In this document: one piece after another, positions 20,892-30,998 of the stretch | Numbering within the stretch: position 1 is the first letter of the stretch | Layout of the letters: every line of letters begins with the position of its first letter | Source: Bacteroidota bacterium | Lineage (GTDB): Bacteria > Bacteroidota > Bacteroidia > UBA8524 | Direction: 5' to 3' | DNA length: 64,000 bases | Assembly (NCBI GenBank): GCA_016124735.1 | Contig: WGMZ01000019.1 | Coordinates: forward strand, 3,217-67,216 | The notes under the pieces: generated by a model | The model's input: the letters and a program-made list of their open reading frames with translations, nothing else | Databases searched by the model: none | Told to the model about the DNA's origin: nothing | Program-made: the position numbers and the translations under genes

Positions 20892-22601
20892 ATGGAGAAG
20901 AGGTGGGTAGCGAAGCAAAGTCCGGATAAAGCGCAGATTGAATCATTATGCCAGCAGCTGAAAATCAGTGAAGCGCTGGCTGTCTTGTTGATTCAACGGG
21001 GAATAAAGGATTTTGATGAAGCCAGAACCTTTTTCCGCCCTTCCCTAAAGGATCTTCATGATCCTTTTTTGATGAAAGATATGGATGCGGCCGTTGAGCG
21101 TATCAATCGGGCCATTGATACAGGAGAGAAAATCCTGATCTATGGAGATTATGATGTCGATGGAACCACTGCGGTTACCCTTTTTTATTCGTTCCTATCA
21201 TCTATCTATCCATCTTGTTCTTATTACATACCCGATCGCAACAAGGAAGGATACGGCGTTTCTCTTCTGGGGATTGAATATGCGAAGGAGCATGCATATA
21301 CTCTGATGATATCATTGGATTGTGGAGTGAAATCTGTTGAGCTCGTTGGACTGGCAAAAGAAAATGGAATTGATTTTATCATCTGCGATCACCATAATCC
21401 GGGACCAGAATTGCCCCCTGCCGCAGCTGTTTTGGATGCCAAGCGTGCGGATTGCTCCTATCCATATAAAGAACTAAGCGGCTGTGGAGTTGGATTTAAA
21501 CTGGCACAAGCCCTTTGTCTGGTAAGAGACCTGGATGAAGAAGTGGTTTTTCAATACCTCGATCTTCTTGCAGTAAGCATCGCTTGCGATATCGTGGAAA
21601 TGCGCGGTGAGAATCGCATTCTTACCTGGTGGGGCATGCAGAAGTTAAACAGTCATCCTGTCCCGGGATTGAAGGTGCTTTTGGAAACAGCATTTAAAGA
21701 TAAACCCAAATCGCGCTACGATATTTCTGATGTGGTGTTTTATGCCGGTCCACGTATCAATGCAGCAGGACGCCTGGAACATGCCTATGGTGCAGTGGAT
21801 CTTTTATTGGAAAAAGATGAAGCAGAAGCCGCTGAATTTGCCTCCAAGCTTCATCTCACAAACGACAATCGGAAAGATTTGGAGGTGGCCACAACGAAAG
21901 AAGCCATAGCGCAATACTCCAGTCTCCCCGACTATTCAAAACGCCGGTCGACGGTAGTTTACAGTCCGGGATGGAACAAAGGAGTCATCGGAATCGTGGC
22001 TTCCCGTTTGGTTGAGGAGTTTTATAAGCCAACGATTGTGCTAACTGATTCCGGGGATAAAGTGGCCGGCTCAGCACGCTCTGTGGAAGGGTTTGATATT
22101 CATGAGGCAATTGACGCCTGCTCGGATCACCTTCTGCAATTTGGGGGGCATACCCATGCGGCAGGATTGACTCTTCTGAAAGATCAGGTGCAGGGATTTA
22201 TAGATGCCTTTGAGCAAGTAGTATCAAAAACGATTCCTGCTGAATGCCTCCAACCGGAGATTCAGTACGATTTGGAACTGGATATTAAGTCCATCTCGAT
22301 TCCTTTTGTAAAAAAGATGATACAGATGGAGCCCTTCGGTCCCGGCAATATGAACCCGATATTTATGAGTCGGGGTGTGCGTGATACGGGCATGGCCAAA
22401 GACTACGGAGAACATCTTTCAATGAACTTTTATGGGGCAGAGGGAGTTTTGGGCGCGATGGCCTTTTTTCAATCCAGGCATTACCATGAGGTAAAGCAGG
22501 GCAAACTTTTTGATATTTGCTACCATATCGATTGGACCGAGTTTAACGGAAAAGAAAGAATGCAGATGCGTATCGTCGATATGAAATTGAGTACAGCATG
22601 A
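20892..22601 (+). CDS. recJ: Single-stranded-DNA-specific exonuclease RecJ
   Basis: [34 protein letters not shown] and EPFGPGN motifs. Confidence 0.96.
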   Translation: MEKRWVAKQSPDKAQIESLCQQLKISEALAVLLIQRGIKDFDEARTFFRPSLKDLHDPFLMKDMDAAVERINRAIDTGEKILIYGDYDVDGTTAVTLFYSFLSSIYPSCSYYIPDRNKEGYGVSLLGIEYAKEHAYTLMISLDCGVKSVELVGLAKENGIDFIICDHHNPGPELPPAAAVLDAKRADCSYPYKELSGCGVGFKLAQALCLVRDLDEEVVFQYLDLLAVSIACDIVEMRGENRILTWWGMQKLNSHPVPGLKVLLETAFKDKPKSRYDISDVVFYAGPRINAAGRLEHAYGAVDLLLEKDEAEAAEFASKLHLTNDNRKDLEVATTKEAIAQYSSLPDYSKRRSTVVYSPGWNKGVIGIVASRLVEEFYKPTIVLTDSGDKVAGSARSVEGFDIHEAIDACSDHLLQFGGHTHAAGLTLLKDQVQGFIDAFEQVVSKTIPAECLQPEIQYDLELDIKSISIPFVKKMIQMEPFGPGNMNPIFMSRGVRDTGMAKDYGEHLSMNFYGAEGVLGAMAFFQSRHYHEVKQGKLFDICYHIDWTEFNGKERMQMRIVDMKLSTA

Positions 22602-23350
22602 AACTAAGGACCGAGAATCTGGTAAAGGAATACCGCAAAAGAAAAGTGGTGAACGATGTATCCATCTTTGTGGATCAGGGAGAAATTGTCGGGTTACTGG
22701 GGCCTAACGGTGCAGGAAAGACCACCACATTTTATATGACTGTTGGTTTGGTGAGTCCCGATGAGGGGAAAATCTTTCTGGATAATGACAATATAACACG
22801 CTTACCAATGTACCGGCGGGCGAAGATTGGTATCGGATACCTGCCTCAGGAAGCTTCCGTATTTCGGAGGATGACGGTGGAAGACAATATTGCTGCAGTT
22901 TTGGAAATGACTTCACTGTCCAGAGCAGAACAAAAGGAAAAGCTCGAGAGCCTCATAGATGAGTTTAGTTTGGAGAAGGTGCGGAGAAATATGGGCAGTG
23001 TTCTTTCAGGGGGAGAAAGGAGAAGAACGGAAATAGCCCGGGCCTTGGCTACTGATCCGAAATTTATTCTCCTGGATGAACCTTTTGCTGGTGTGGACCC
23101 CATTGCCGTAGAAGATATTCAGGGTATCATCTATAAACTCAAGGAAAGAAATATTGGGGTTTTGATTACTGATCACAATGTGGATGAAACCCTGGGAATT
23201 ACTGACCGGGCCTACCTGCTTTTTGAAGGTAAATTACTTAAGGCCGGCACGCCTGAGGAGCTCGCAGACGATGAAATGGTTCGCCGGGTTTACCTGGGAA
23301 AAAACTTTGTTTTGCGACGGAGTCATATCGCCAAAAACAGAGACCTGTAA
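22598..23350 (+). CDS. lptB: LPS export ABC transporter ATP-binding protein
   Basis: [35 protein letters not shown] and ITDHNV motifs. Confidence 0.95.
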   Translation: MKLRTENLVKEYRKRKVVNDVSIFVDQGEIVGLLGPNGAGKTTTFYMTVGLVSPDEGKIFLDNDNITRLPMYRRAKIGIGYLPQEASVFRRMTVEDNIAAVLEMTSLSRAEQKEKLESLIDEFSLEKVRRNMGSVLSGGERRRTEIARALATDPKFILLDEPFAGVDPIAVEDIQGIIYKLKERNIGVLITDHNVDETLGITDRAYLLFEGKLLKAGTPEELADDEMVRRVYLGKNFVLRRSHIAKNRDL

Positions 23351-23389
23351 CTTTGCGGCTTTGCTTCGTTATAGGAAAAAAGAATTCCT

Positions 23390-25210
23390 ATGCGACGTGT
23401 CATCTATTTCTTTCTGTTGGCCGGCCTTGCATCTGTTGTCCTAATTTTCGACAAGGAAGAAGCGGCCCCTCAAGCTCCAAGTCTGGAGAATGTCTCATCT
23501 GAAAATACGGATTGGAAAAGCTTTCTTAGCGATGATCAAAATCTTCCATCGGAGAGTGAACGCTTCGTTCAGTATGAGAAGATAACTCCTTTGGAGATTG
23601 AAACGAAAGAAGCATGTGCCTATCCAGTTTCACATACCAAGAAGTCTGATTCAAAGGTGCTGGATGATATTCAAAACTGGGAATCCATTCCGGAATTCAA
23701 AGAGGTAAAAAATATTAAGCCTCCTGTTCCGGGAGTACTTCCCCCGGCGTCGTCGGTCATTTTGACGCCAGAAGATATTCATAAAGAACAGTTGGTTTCA
23801 TTGCAGTCGGGTGCCTACCTGAGAATTCCAGCCGATGCGCTGGTAATGAAGGACGGAAGTGCGCCTACCAAGCCAGTGAAAATATCGTATTGTGCTCTGA
23901 ATGATCCGGTGGATATATTTCTGTCGGGCGTTCCAATGAAATATGATTCGGCCGGGCGTTCAGAGACTTTTCGCACAGCAGGCATGTTTCGTCTGGATGC
24001 AAGGACTTATTCGGGAGAGGAAGTAACGGTGAAGGAAGGAAAGTCCCTGCATCTGGACATGCCGACTGGCGATACCAGCGATGCCTACAATTTCTACACA
24101 TTTGATGAGGATGCTGGTGAGTGGAAATTCGACTACCCCGCTCCTCCTGCCGTCAGTATATTGGATATTGTGTTGGATACCATGAACATTGAGTACAATT
24201 TCGACGCAATATTATTCGCTCAGAAATTTGATGATCCGAAATATCATTTTTTATTGAGCCCCGGCAAAAACAGAGACATATCTCAGGCGAAACCAGGGAG
24301 ATGGTTTCATGGTCCCTACGAGCGTACAATGCGCAAAGCCTTGTACGCATTGAATTATCGTTCCAGTAATTTTATAAAATTACGTCCATTTAATGCAATT
24401 GTAGGATACGATGAAGACCATCGACCCATTCGCGATCTTAGATTTCGAATTTATACCATTGGAAATGGCAATGAATTTTTTCGGGAGCTGAACCAACTCA
24501 GGAATTTCAACTTTTCTATTGACGGACTGGAGGATATTCGATTGTTTTATAAAGAATATGTCAGAGGCAGAAAATACAATGAAGTACGCATTGAATATAG
24601 CCCCGGAGATGAAGAATGCACTTTTTTATTAAAGGATGCGGGAGGGATTTCAAGAATCCAGGCTAAAGTACATTCCGGGAATGCTTTGCAATTAAGTTCA
24701 TTTGCAAAAGTACGTTTTGCCTATGCTCTAAAGCGGATCCGGAACGCCACGGATAAAAAGGCGGAGGTGCATGATAATATCATCCGAAAAAGAAAGAAAT
24801 CCTTTGTTGAGAGAATGCGGTGGTTCAGAGGATGGGCCACCCCCATCTTTTTGAATAAACAATACCGGCAACTTTCTATTCCGGGTTTCGGTACATATAA
24901 CTGTGATCAAATTGCACGAATGAAAGATCCAAAACCGGTTGCAATTCGATTTACGGATGAAAACGGTGTCAAATTGAAAATGTCAGGAATTACCGTTTGC
25001 GATACCCGTATTCGGGCCACTTTTAATTTTTGGAGCGGCAAGAGACCCATGGTAAGTAGCAATGGTTTTGGATTTGTTCTGCTTAATACGCCGGATAATA
25101 AGACCTATTACCTGAATCAATCGGCCTGGAACGGAGCGCGGGTTTATGCATTGAAGGAGCTTCCGGAAATTGAGAATTCGGGGCAGCTGAAAAAATTGCT
25201 GTTTAATTGA
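23390..25210 (+). CDS. Hypothetical membrane-anchored or exported protein (606 aa)
   Basis: Long ORF with N-terminal hydrophobic segment; TAACTTTG promoter box at 23348-23355; TAGMF and GTYNCD motifs. Confidence 0.7.
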   Translation: MRRVIYFFLLAGLASVVLIFDKEEAAPQAPSLENVSSENTDWKSFLSDDQNLPSESERFVQYEKITPLEIETKEACAYPVSHTKKSDSKVLDDIQNWESIPEFKEVKNIKPPVPGVLPPASSVILTPEDIHKEQLVSLQSGAYLRIPADALVMKDGSAPTKPVKISYCALNDPVDIFLSGVPMKYDSAGRSETFRTAGMFRLDARTYSGEEVTVKEGKSLHLDMPTGDTSDAYNFYTFDEDAGEWKFDYPAPPAVSILDIVLDTMNIEYNFDAILFAQKFDDPKYHFLLSPGKNRDISQAKPGRWFHGPYERTMRKALYALNYRSSNFIKLRPFNAIVGYDEDHRPIRDLRFRIYTIGNGNEFFRELNQLRNFNFSIDGLEDIRLFYKEYVRGRKYNEVRIEYSPGDEECTFLLKDAGGISRIQAKVHSGNALQLSSFAKVRFAYALKRIRNATDKKAEVHDNIIRKRKKSFVERMRWFRGWATPIFLNKQYRQLSIPGFGTYNCDQIARMKDPKPVAIRFTDENGVKLKMSGITVCDTRIRATFNFWSGKRPMVSSNGFGFVLLNTPDNKTYYLNQSAWNGARVYALKELPEIENSGQLKKLLFN

Positions 25211-25358
25211 TCCGGTTTATTGCCTTAAAGGGTAAAAATAGCAGCCACATATAGGGCCACCTCTACAGGGACGTTTTTGAAATATTTATTTTGGCAGAGG
25301 TTGGATAACCCCTTCGGGTCGGGAGCTTATAATTCCTTCAGATGGGCACGTCTTATTC

Positions 25359-25570
25359 CGAGTAAAATCAACCGCGCCTCCGTCGTGCGTCAGCCTATAT
25401 TCCTCTGCGTCACCGCGTCAAAATATTAGCGAGTAAAATCAACCGCGCCTCCGTCGTGCGTCAGCCTATATTCCTCTGCGTCACCGCGTCAAAATATTAG
25501 CGAGTCAAATCAACCGCGCCTCTGTCGTGCGTCAGCCTATATTCCTCTGCGTCACCACGTCAAAAATTTA
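25359..25570. repeat. Tandem array A: 3 x 71 bp
   Basis: Unit CGAGTAAAATCAACCGCGCCTCCGTCGTGCGTCAGCCTATATTCCTCTGCGTCACCGCGTCAAAATATTAG starts at 25359, 25430 and 25501. Copies 1 and 2 are identical; copy 3 has a few substitutions and a divergent end. Confidence 0.97.
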
Positions 25571-25640
25571 TTCGATGCCAATAGCGTTCGAGTTCGTAGT
25601 CTGAGTTCGGGAATCTACGACGGGATCCTGTTACCCTCTC

Positions 25641-27533
25641 TTAATACGCTCGCTCGTGAACCCCTTCCATGAAATTCACGAAGGCTTTGTTCACTACACG
25701 GAAACCTCCAGGTGTCGGATAGTTGCCAGAGAAATACCAGTCGCCCAAATCGTTTGGACACGCTTTGTGCAAGTCGTCGATGGTTTGGTAAAGGATCTCT
25801 ACATCGGCATTGATATCCTCAGGCGTGATAATTTCTGCAATCTTGGCGGATATTTGATCCTCGCTAAACAGAGCATATACTTCCTGTAAGGCATTTCTCA
25901 TTTCATTTTCAGGCTTCAATAATTCCAGCTTGGCATTTTCATACGCTTCGTCGAGTTTGTTTTCGAGATGATTTTCTTCCAATAGCTTCAACAAAGCCTG
26001 AAAGGCAACAAAGTCTTTCATCTTGCTCATATCGATGCCGTAGCAATCCGGGTAACGAATTTGCGGAGCGGATGAGATGACGATAATCTTCTTCGGTTTC
26101 AAGCGATCGAGGATACGAAGGATACTCAGCTTTAATGTTGTTCCGCGAACAATGGAATCGTCAATGACCACCAGCGTATCAATACCGGGACGAATAATTC
26201 CATAGGTGACGTCGTATACGTGTCCAACCATATCGTCGCGTTGCTGATCTGCAGTGATGAAAGTACGCAGCTTCACATCTTTGATCGCTATTTTTTCTCT
26301 TCTCGGACGCAGCGACAGGATATGTTCCAGTTCGGCTTCGCTCATGGTGGAGCCGTTCTTCAGAATTTGTTCTTTTTTGTATTCGTTCAGGTAATCCTGC
26401 AATCCATCTATCATCCCATAAAAGGAAGTAGAGGCTGTGTTCGGGATATAGGAAAATACCGTGTTCTCAAAATCGTTTTCAATTCGTTCCCGAAGACGAT
26501 TTGATATCAATCTTCCAAGCTCTTTTCGCTCATTGTAAATGTCCGCATCATTTCCTCTGGAGAAATAGATGCGCTCAAAGGAACAGCTCAAACGTTCGGT
26601 AGGAGTCAGTATATTTTCCTCGCTCACTGTTCCGTCTTTCTTCACAATCAGTGCATTTCCTGGTTGAATTTCTTTAATCTTATCGACAGAAACATTGAAA
26701 GCGGTCTGAATGGCCGGACGTTCGCTGGTTACAACAACCACTTCATCATCTTCATAATAAAAAGCGGGACGGATTCCTGCAGGATCGCGAAGAATAAAGG
26801 CATCTCCCTGTCCAATCATGCCCACCATGGCATATCCGCCATCGATGTTTTTAAATGATTTTTTCAGAATACGAACCAAATCCAGATTGGAAGCAATCAG
26901 CTGGCTTATCTCTGCATTTGAATAACCCAGGTTATTGTATTCATCAAACAGTTGTTGGTTTTCATCATCCAGAAAATGACCGATTTTTTCCATCATCAGG
27001 ACGGAGTCGGATTTCTCTTTTGGATGCTGGCCAATTTCCAGCAGCTGACGAAATAGCTCGTCTACATTGGTCAGGTTAAAATTACCGGCAAGTACCAGGT
27101 TTCTGTTCTGCCAGTTGTTCTGACGAAGAAAAGGATGGCAATTTTCAATGGTGTTTTTCGCATAGGTGCCATAACGCAGATGGCCGAGAATTAACTCTCC
27201 GACAAAAGGTACCTCATTTTTAAGGTAAGGAATATCTTTTCTCTGCCCTTCGCTCAGCTCATTGAAATGTTTATGAATGTCCTTAAATACACTGGCAATG
27301 GGATTGTCAGAATTGGAACGGGTGCGGCTTATATAGCGTTTCCCCGGATCTACATCCAGTTTGATTGTTGCTACCCCGGCACCATCTTGTCCGCGATTAA
27401 CCTGCTTCATCATCAGCAGGTTCATTTTTTTAATCCCGTAAAAAGCACTGTTATACTTCTCCAGATAATAGTCGAGCGGCTTTTTAAGCCGGATGAATGC
27501 GATACCGCATTCGTGTTTGATCGGATCACTCAT
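25641..27533 (-). CDS. purF: Amidophosphoribosyltransferase (Bacteroidota long form)
   Basis: N-terminal MSDPIKHECG (Ntn Cys), RGQDGAG, GHLRY, CSFERIYFSR, PRPP-binding VIDDSIVRGTT and YPDCYGIDM. Confidence 0.93.
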   Translation of the reverse strand: MSDPIKHECGIAFIRLKKPLDYYLEKYNSAFYGIKKMNLLMMKQVNRGQDGAGVATIKLDVDPGKRYISRTRSNSDNPIASVFKDIHKHFNELSEGQRKDIPYLKNEVPFVGELILGHLRYGTYAKNTIENCHPFLRQNNWQNRNLVLAGNFNLTNVDELFRQLLEIGQHPKEKSDSVLMMEKIGHFLDDENQQLFDEYNNLGYSNAEISQLIASNLDLVRILKKSFKNIDGGYAMVGMIGQGDAFILRDPAGIRPAFYYEDDEVVVVTSERPAIQTAFNVSVDKIKEIQPGNALIVKKDGTVSEENILTPTERLSCSFERIYFSRGNDADIYNERKELGRLISNRLRERIENDFENTVFSYIPNTASTSFYGMIDGLQDYLNEYKKEQILKNGSTMSEAELEHILSLRPRREKIAIKDVKLRTFITADQQRDDMVGHVYDVTYGIIRPGIDTLVVIDDSIVRGTTLKLSILRILDRLKPKKIIVISSAPQIRYPDCYGIDMSKMKDFVAFQALLKLLEENHLENKLDEAYENAKLELLKPENEMRNALQEVYALFSEDQISAKIAEIITPEDINADVEILYQTIDDLHKACPNDLGDWYFSGNYPTPGGFRVVNKAFVNFMEGVHERAY

Positions 27534-27547
27534 GATGATTGCGTGTG

Positions 27548-27629
27548 CAAAGTTAATAAATCATTATCCCAAGGAAAGAATGTATGCACAGCAAAATCAA
27601 CGCAAAATGGATGCCCGAATGTATCTTTG
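27548..27629. promoter_or_regulatory. Divergent Bacteroidota sigma-A -7 boxes for purF and aroQ
   Basis: TAACTTTG on the minus strand (27548-27555) and TATCTTTG on the plus strand (27622-27629), both matching TAnnTTTG. Confidence 0.7.
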
Positions 27630-27633
27630 GGTC

Positions 27634-28053
27634 ATGAAGCGGATTGGAATCATCAATGGGCCTAATCTAAACCTGCTGGGCAAGCGGGAACCAGGCATTT
27701 ATGGAGATGAATCTTTTGAGATCTATTTGGAAAAATTGAAAATAGATTTTCCTGATTTGGAACTCCGCTATTATCAAAGTAATGTGGAAGGAGAGCTCAT
27801 CAATAAATTGCATGAGTGGGGATTTACCACGGATGGCATTGTGCTTAATGCCGGAGGATATACCCATACCTCCGTGGCTATTGGCGATGCTATTGCTTCC
27901 ATTGAAACTCCGGTGATTGAAGTGCACCTATCAAATATCCTCGCACGCGAAGAATTTCGCCATGTCGACCAGATTGCCCGTTCATGCAAAGGTTCTGTCA
28001 TGGGATTTGGAATGGACTCATACCGCCTTGCAATACTGTCCTTGCAAAATTAA
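27634..28053 (+). CDS. aroQ: Type II 3-dehydroquinate dehydratase
   Basis: NGPNLNLLGKREP.IYG, QSNVEG, NAGGYTHTS and EVHLSNI..REEFRH. Start placed at ATG 27634. Confidence 0.96.
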   Translation: MKRIGIINGPNLNLLGKREPGIYGDESFEIYLEKLKIDFPDLELRYYQSNVEGELINKLHEWGFTTDGIVLNAGGYTHTSVAIGDAIASIETPVIEVHLSNILAREEFRHVDQIARSCKGSVMGFGMDSYRLAILSLQN

Positions 28054-29177
28054 TTGGTATCTGTTTTCGTGAAGCGGATGAGACAGCCGCCTTCAAATCG
28101 AATAAAATAAATACCACTGGGCAAAGTGGAAACGTCGAGCCCATCTTCATCTACAATTCCTTTTTTGCACACGATTCCCTGGTAATTCACGAGGTCATAA
28201 TTTACCCCGGTGGCTATACCTCCTATTTTGAGTGATTTGTTGGCGGGATTTGGATAGGCATATCCGGTATTTCCTGATTTGCTTCCTTTGTAATTTGAGA
28301 TGATGGAAGCAGAATTTAGATATTCCAGTGCTGAGAATACATCCATGTTTTTAAAACTCTGTACTCCTATCGTGTCAACAATTTTTGCATTGGGTAAATG
28401 AATAAGCGTGACACCCAAATTGGTCAAAATTGCCATGCGAGATTCTCCAATATTCAGGGTATGAAGTGATGTAATCCAATCGACACCATTCAAAACCCCA
28501 ATGTCATTGTATTTATTCGATTGAGGATCTACTTCCGTTAGTACCTCCTGCTTGCCATCCCAGTATAACCCGTATAGTTTTTTAGAAATAGAATGAAATT
28601 CCATTGCCTGAATATTTTTGGTATCCGGGATGTTTTTCAGAATAGCACCATTGGTCGCATCGATGGCTGTTATGCCCAAATTAGTTTTGATATAGATGAT
28701 TGAATTAAGTAAGTCCATCGTAGACTTTCCTTGAGTCTGAGTGATGGTGTTTTGCGTAGATAGCAACTGAATAGTTTTCGTGCTGGGGTCAACGGCCAGA
28801 ATTTCCATGGTTAGTTGATTGCGGTGAAAGGCAATCAATTTATTATTGATTTGGTCAAATTCAAGGGATTGGACGGAGATTGAACTGGCAATAGTGTCGA
28901 TTACTTTTCTCGTATTTGGATCAAAAATAAAAATGGTTGTTGGACTTGCGTGAAATACCCGATTGTTATTCATGTCATAACAATACAAACCAGAATATAT
29001 AGCGTTGGATGGAATGTCATTTCCAATGAAATAAGTTTTAGATTGGGTATTGAGGATGCCACATTTTAGCACTGAATAGGAATTATGCTGACTAATTGTG
29101 AAAAGACTGTCCGAAAATTGAGCCTTTGCCTCGGTTAACAAGGCTGTAAGGAGAAAGACGAGAGTTAACTTTTTCAT
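28050..29177 (-). CDS. T9SS type A CTD protein with a probable beta-propeller body
   Basis: Signal peptide (MKKLTLVFLL..AKAQ); internal ~85-aa repeats; C-terminal AYPNPA..LDVSTLPSGIYFI. Confidence 0.75.
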   Translation of the reverse strand: MKKLTLVFLLTALLTEAKAQFSDSLFTISQHNSYSVLKCGILNTQSKTYFIGNDIPSNAIYSGLYCYDMNNNRVFHASPTTIFIFDPNTRKVIDTIASSISVQSLEFDQINNKLIAFHRNQLTMEILAVDPSTKTIQLLSTQNTITQTQGKSTMDLLNSIIYIKTNLGITAIDATNGAILKNIPDTKNIQAMEFHSISKKLYGLYWDGKQEVLTEVDPQSNKYNDIGVLNGVDWITSLHTLNIGESRMAILTNLGVTLIHLPNAKIVDTIGVQSFKNMDVFSALEYLNSASIISNYKGSKSGNTGYAYPNPANKSLKIGGIATGVNYDLVNYQGIVCKKGIVDEDGLDVSTLPSGIYFIRFEGGCLIRFTKTDTN

Positions 29178-29283
29178 GGCAGAGAGATATATCATAGAAA
29201 TGACTCTGTTAAATGTTCCGGAGTTGCCTTTGCGGGAAATCCTTTGTCGAATCTTGCTGGAAAATCAGGATATTCGGAGCATA

Positions 29284-30099
29284 ATGTTAAGAGAACTGGA
29301 AGAATCCATCGCCTTCATCCGAACTCAAACGGAGATGATTCCGGATGCAGGAATTATCCTCGGAACAGGATTGGGCGACCTGGTCAATCATGTGCAGATT
29401 GAAACGACTTTAGAATACAAAGACATTCCTCATTTCCCGTTAAGCACCGTTGAGACGCATAAAGGGAAATTGATATTTGGAATAATGGAAGGGAAAAAAG
29501 TAGTGGTCATGCAAGGACGCTTCCATTATTACGAAGGTTATTCCATGAAACAAGTGACCTATCCGGTGCGGGTCATGAAGATGTTGGGAATTCAAAATCT
29601 CTTCATTTCCAATATTGCAGGCGGTATTAACTCCTCTTTTGAATTGGCTGATTTGATGGTGATTGAAGACCATATCAATCTTCAGCCCGAGAATCCATTA
29701 ACTGGAAAAAATACAGATGAACTGGGGCCCAGATGGCCCGACATGTTCGAGCCTTATAAAAGGTCCTGGATAGATTTAGCTTTGCAAATCGGAAAAGAAA
29801 AAGGTTTCCGCATGCACGAGGGCGTTTACGCCAGTGTAGCTGGGCCGAATTTGGAAACTCGTGCGGAATACCGCTATTTATCCGCTATTGGGGCAGATGC
29901 AGTAGGTATGTCGACTGTGCCGGAGGTCATAGTTGCGCGCCACATGAATATTCCTGTTTTTGCCTGCTCGGTGATTAGTGATTTATGTTATCCGCCCAAA
30001 CTGAAACCGGCCAATATAGACGAGCTTTTGCAAGCCGCGGCAGATGCCCAACCGCGTCTGAGTGTTTTATTTCGTGAACTGATAGCAAGGGTTTCATGA
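29284..30099 (+). CDS. punA: Purine nucleoside phosphorylase I (inosine/guanosine, trimeric family)
   Basis: IILGTGLG, MQGRFHYYEGY, GPNLETRAE and GADAVGMSTVPE. Start placed at ATG 29284. Confidence 0.92.
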   Translation: MLRELEESIAFIRTQTEMIPDAGIILGTGLGDLVNHVQIETTLEYKDIPHFPLSTVETHKGKLIFGIMEGKKVVVMQGRFHYYEGYSMKQVTYPVRVMKMLGIQNLFISNIAGGINSSFELADLMVIEDHINLQPENPLTGKNTDELGPRWPDMFEPYKRSWIDLALQIGKEKGFRMHEGVYASVAGPNLETRAEYRYLSAIGADAVGMSTVPEVIVARHMNIPVFACSVISDLCYPPKLKPANIDELLQAAADAQPRLSVLFRELIARVS

Positions 30100-30143
30100 A
30101 TGCACCGAGGCTCAAAAGGATGCTCTTGGCATGTTCCGTCTGT

Positions 30144-30998
30144 TTAAGCAAGAGCAGAATCCATAAATCGAACTTGCCAAAAGGCTTCGAACGTTTTGCC
30201 GGGTTCCAGCAAATGCAGCCCTTCTCTTTCGCTCTCATCTGTTGAGTCAGCGTAGCCATACCAGGGTTCGAGGCATAAAAAGGTTTCACAGGATTTCTTG
30301 GTCCAAATCCCAAAATCCTCAAAGCCTCCAAATTGCATTTCAAGATGAATATCCGGGCCAATTAATTCAACTTTTCGACTGTTCAGTGCTTTGAGTACAA
30401 TCGCGTCTTTGTTAAAAAGATCGACGCTCAGTGGCAGAATTTTACCAGAACCAAGGGATTCAGTTTGGCCATTAAAAAGTCCATCTTCCAATAAATGCCT
30501 TTCCAGGTTCTCATCTTCTGAGAACTGCATGTTCAATTCTTTGAAACCGCCTGCCGGAAGGAGAAACCCAGGATGTGCCCCCAAAGAAAATGGAAGGGGC
30601 CGGTTTCCCGGGTTAATCACCTGGTAGCGGACATGTATTCCATCTTTTAGCAAGGAGTAGGTGAGCTCTAATTCGAAGGGGAATGGAAAACGTGCCAGGG
30701 TTTCGCCGCTGTCGTAGAGGCGGTAGGTCTGGGCGTGCGAATCTGCCGATTCCACTTTTTCGAACGCCATATCCCGCGCAAATCCATGCTGGTTCATTGG
30801 GTACGCTTTCCCATCCACTTCAATCTGGTTGCCTTTGGATTTGCCTACCCGAGGGAATAAAACAGGAGAATGCCTGGGCCACCATTGTTCTTCAGCCGTC
30901 CAGATACGCTCCTTACCTCCAACAATCAGGCTTTGCAACTCGGCGCCGAAAGCGGAAATCTCAGCTTGGGTATCAGAGATGGATAATTGCGTTTTCAA
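30144..30998 (-). CDS. Aldose 1-epimerase family protein (LacX-like)
   Basis: SPVLFP.VG, HGFARD, FSLGAHPGF and FLCLEPW. Start uncertain: TTG 30998 chosen, ORF is open to 31043. Confidence 0.85.
   Translation of the reverse strand: MKTQLSISDTQAEISAFGAELQSLIVGGKERIWTAEEQWWPRHSPVLFPRVGKSKGNQIEVDGKAYPMNQHGFARDMAFEKVESADSHAQTYRLYDSGETLARFPFPFELELTYSLLKDGIHVRYQVINPGNRPLPFSLGAHPGFLLPAGGFKELNMQFSEDENLERHLLEDGLFNGQTESLGSGKILPLSVDLFNKDAIVLKALNSRKVELIGPDIHLEMQFGGFEDFGIWTKKSCETFLCLEPWYGYADSTDESEREGLHLLEPGKTFEAFWQVRFMDSALA

Noticed and set aside
27493..27633. Long N-terminal extensions in the ORF track (aroQ; also murG, yqgE, punA, nhaC-family, AlbA_2, purQ)
   Set aside because: Family motifs begin at downstream ATGs, and the extensions overlap promoters, terminators or neighbouring genes.
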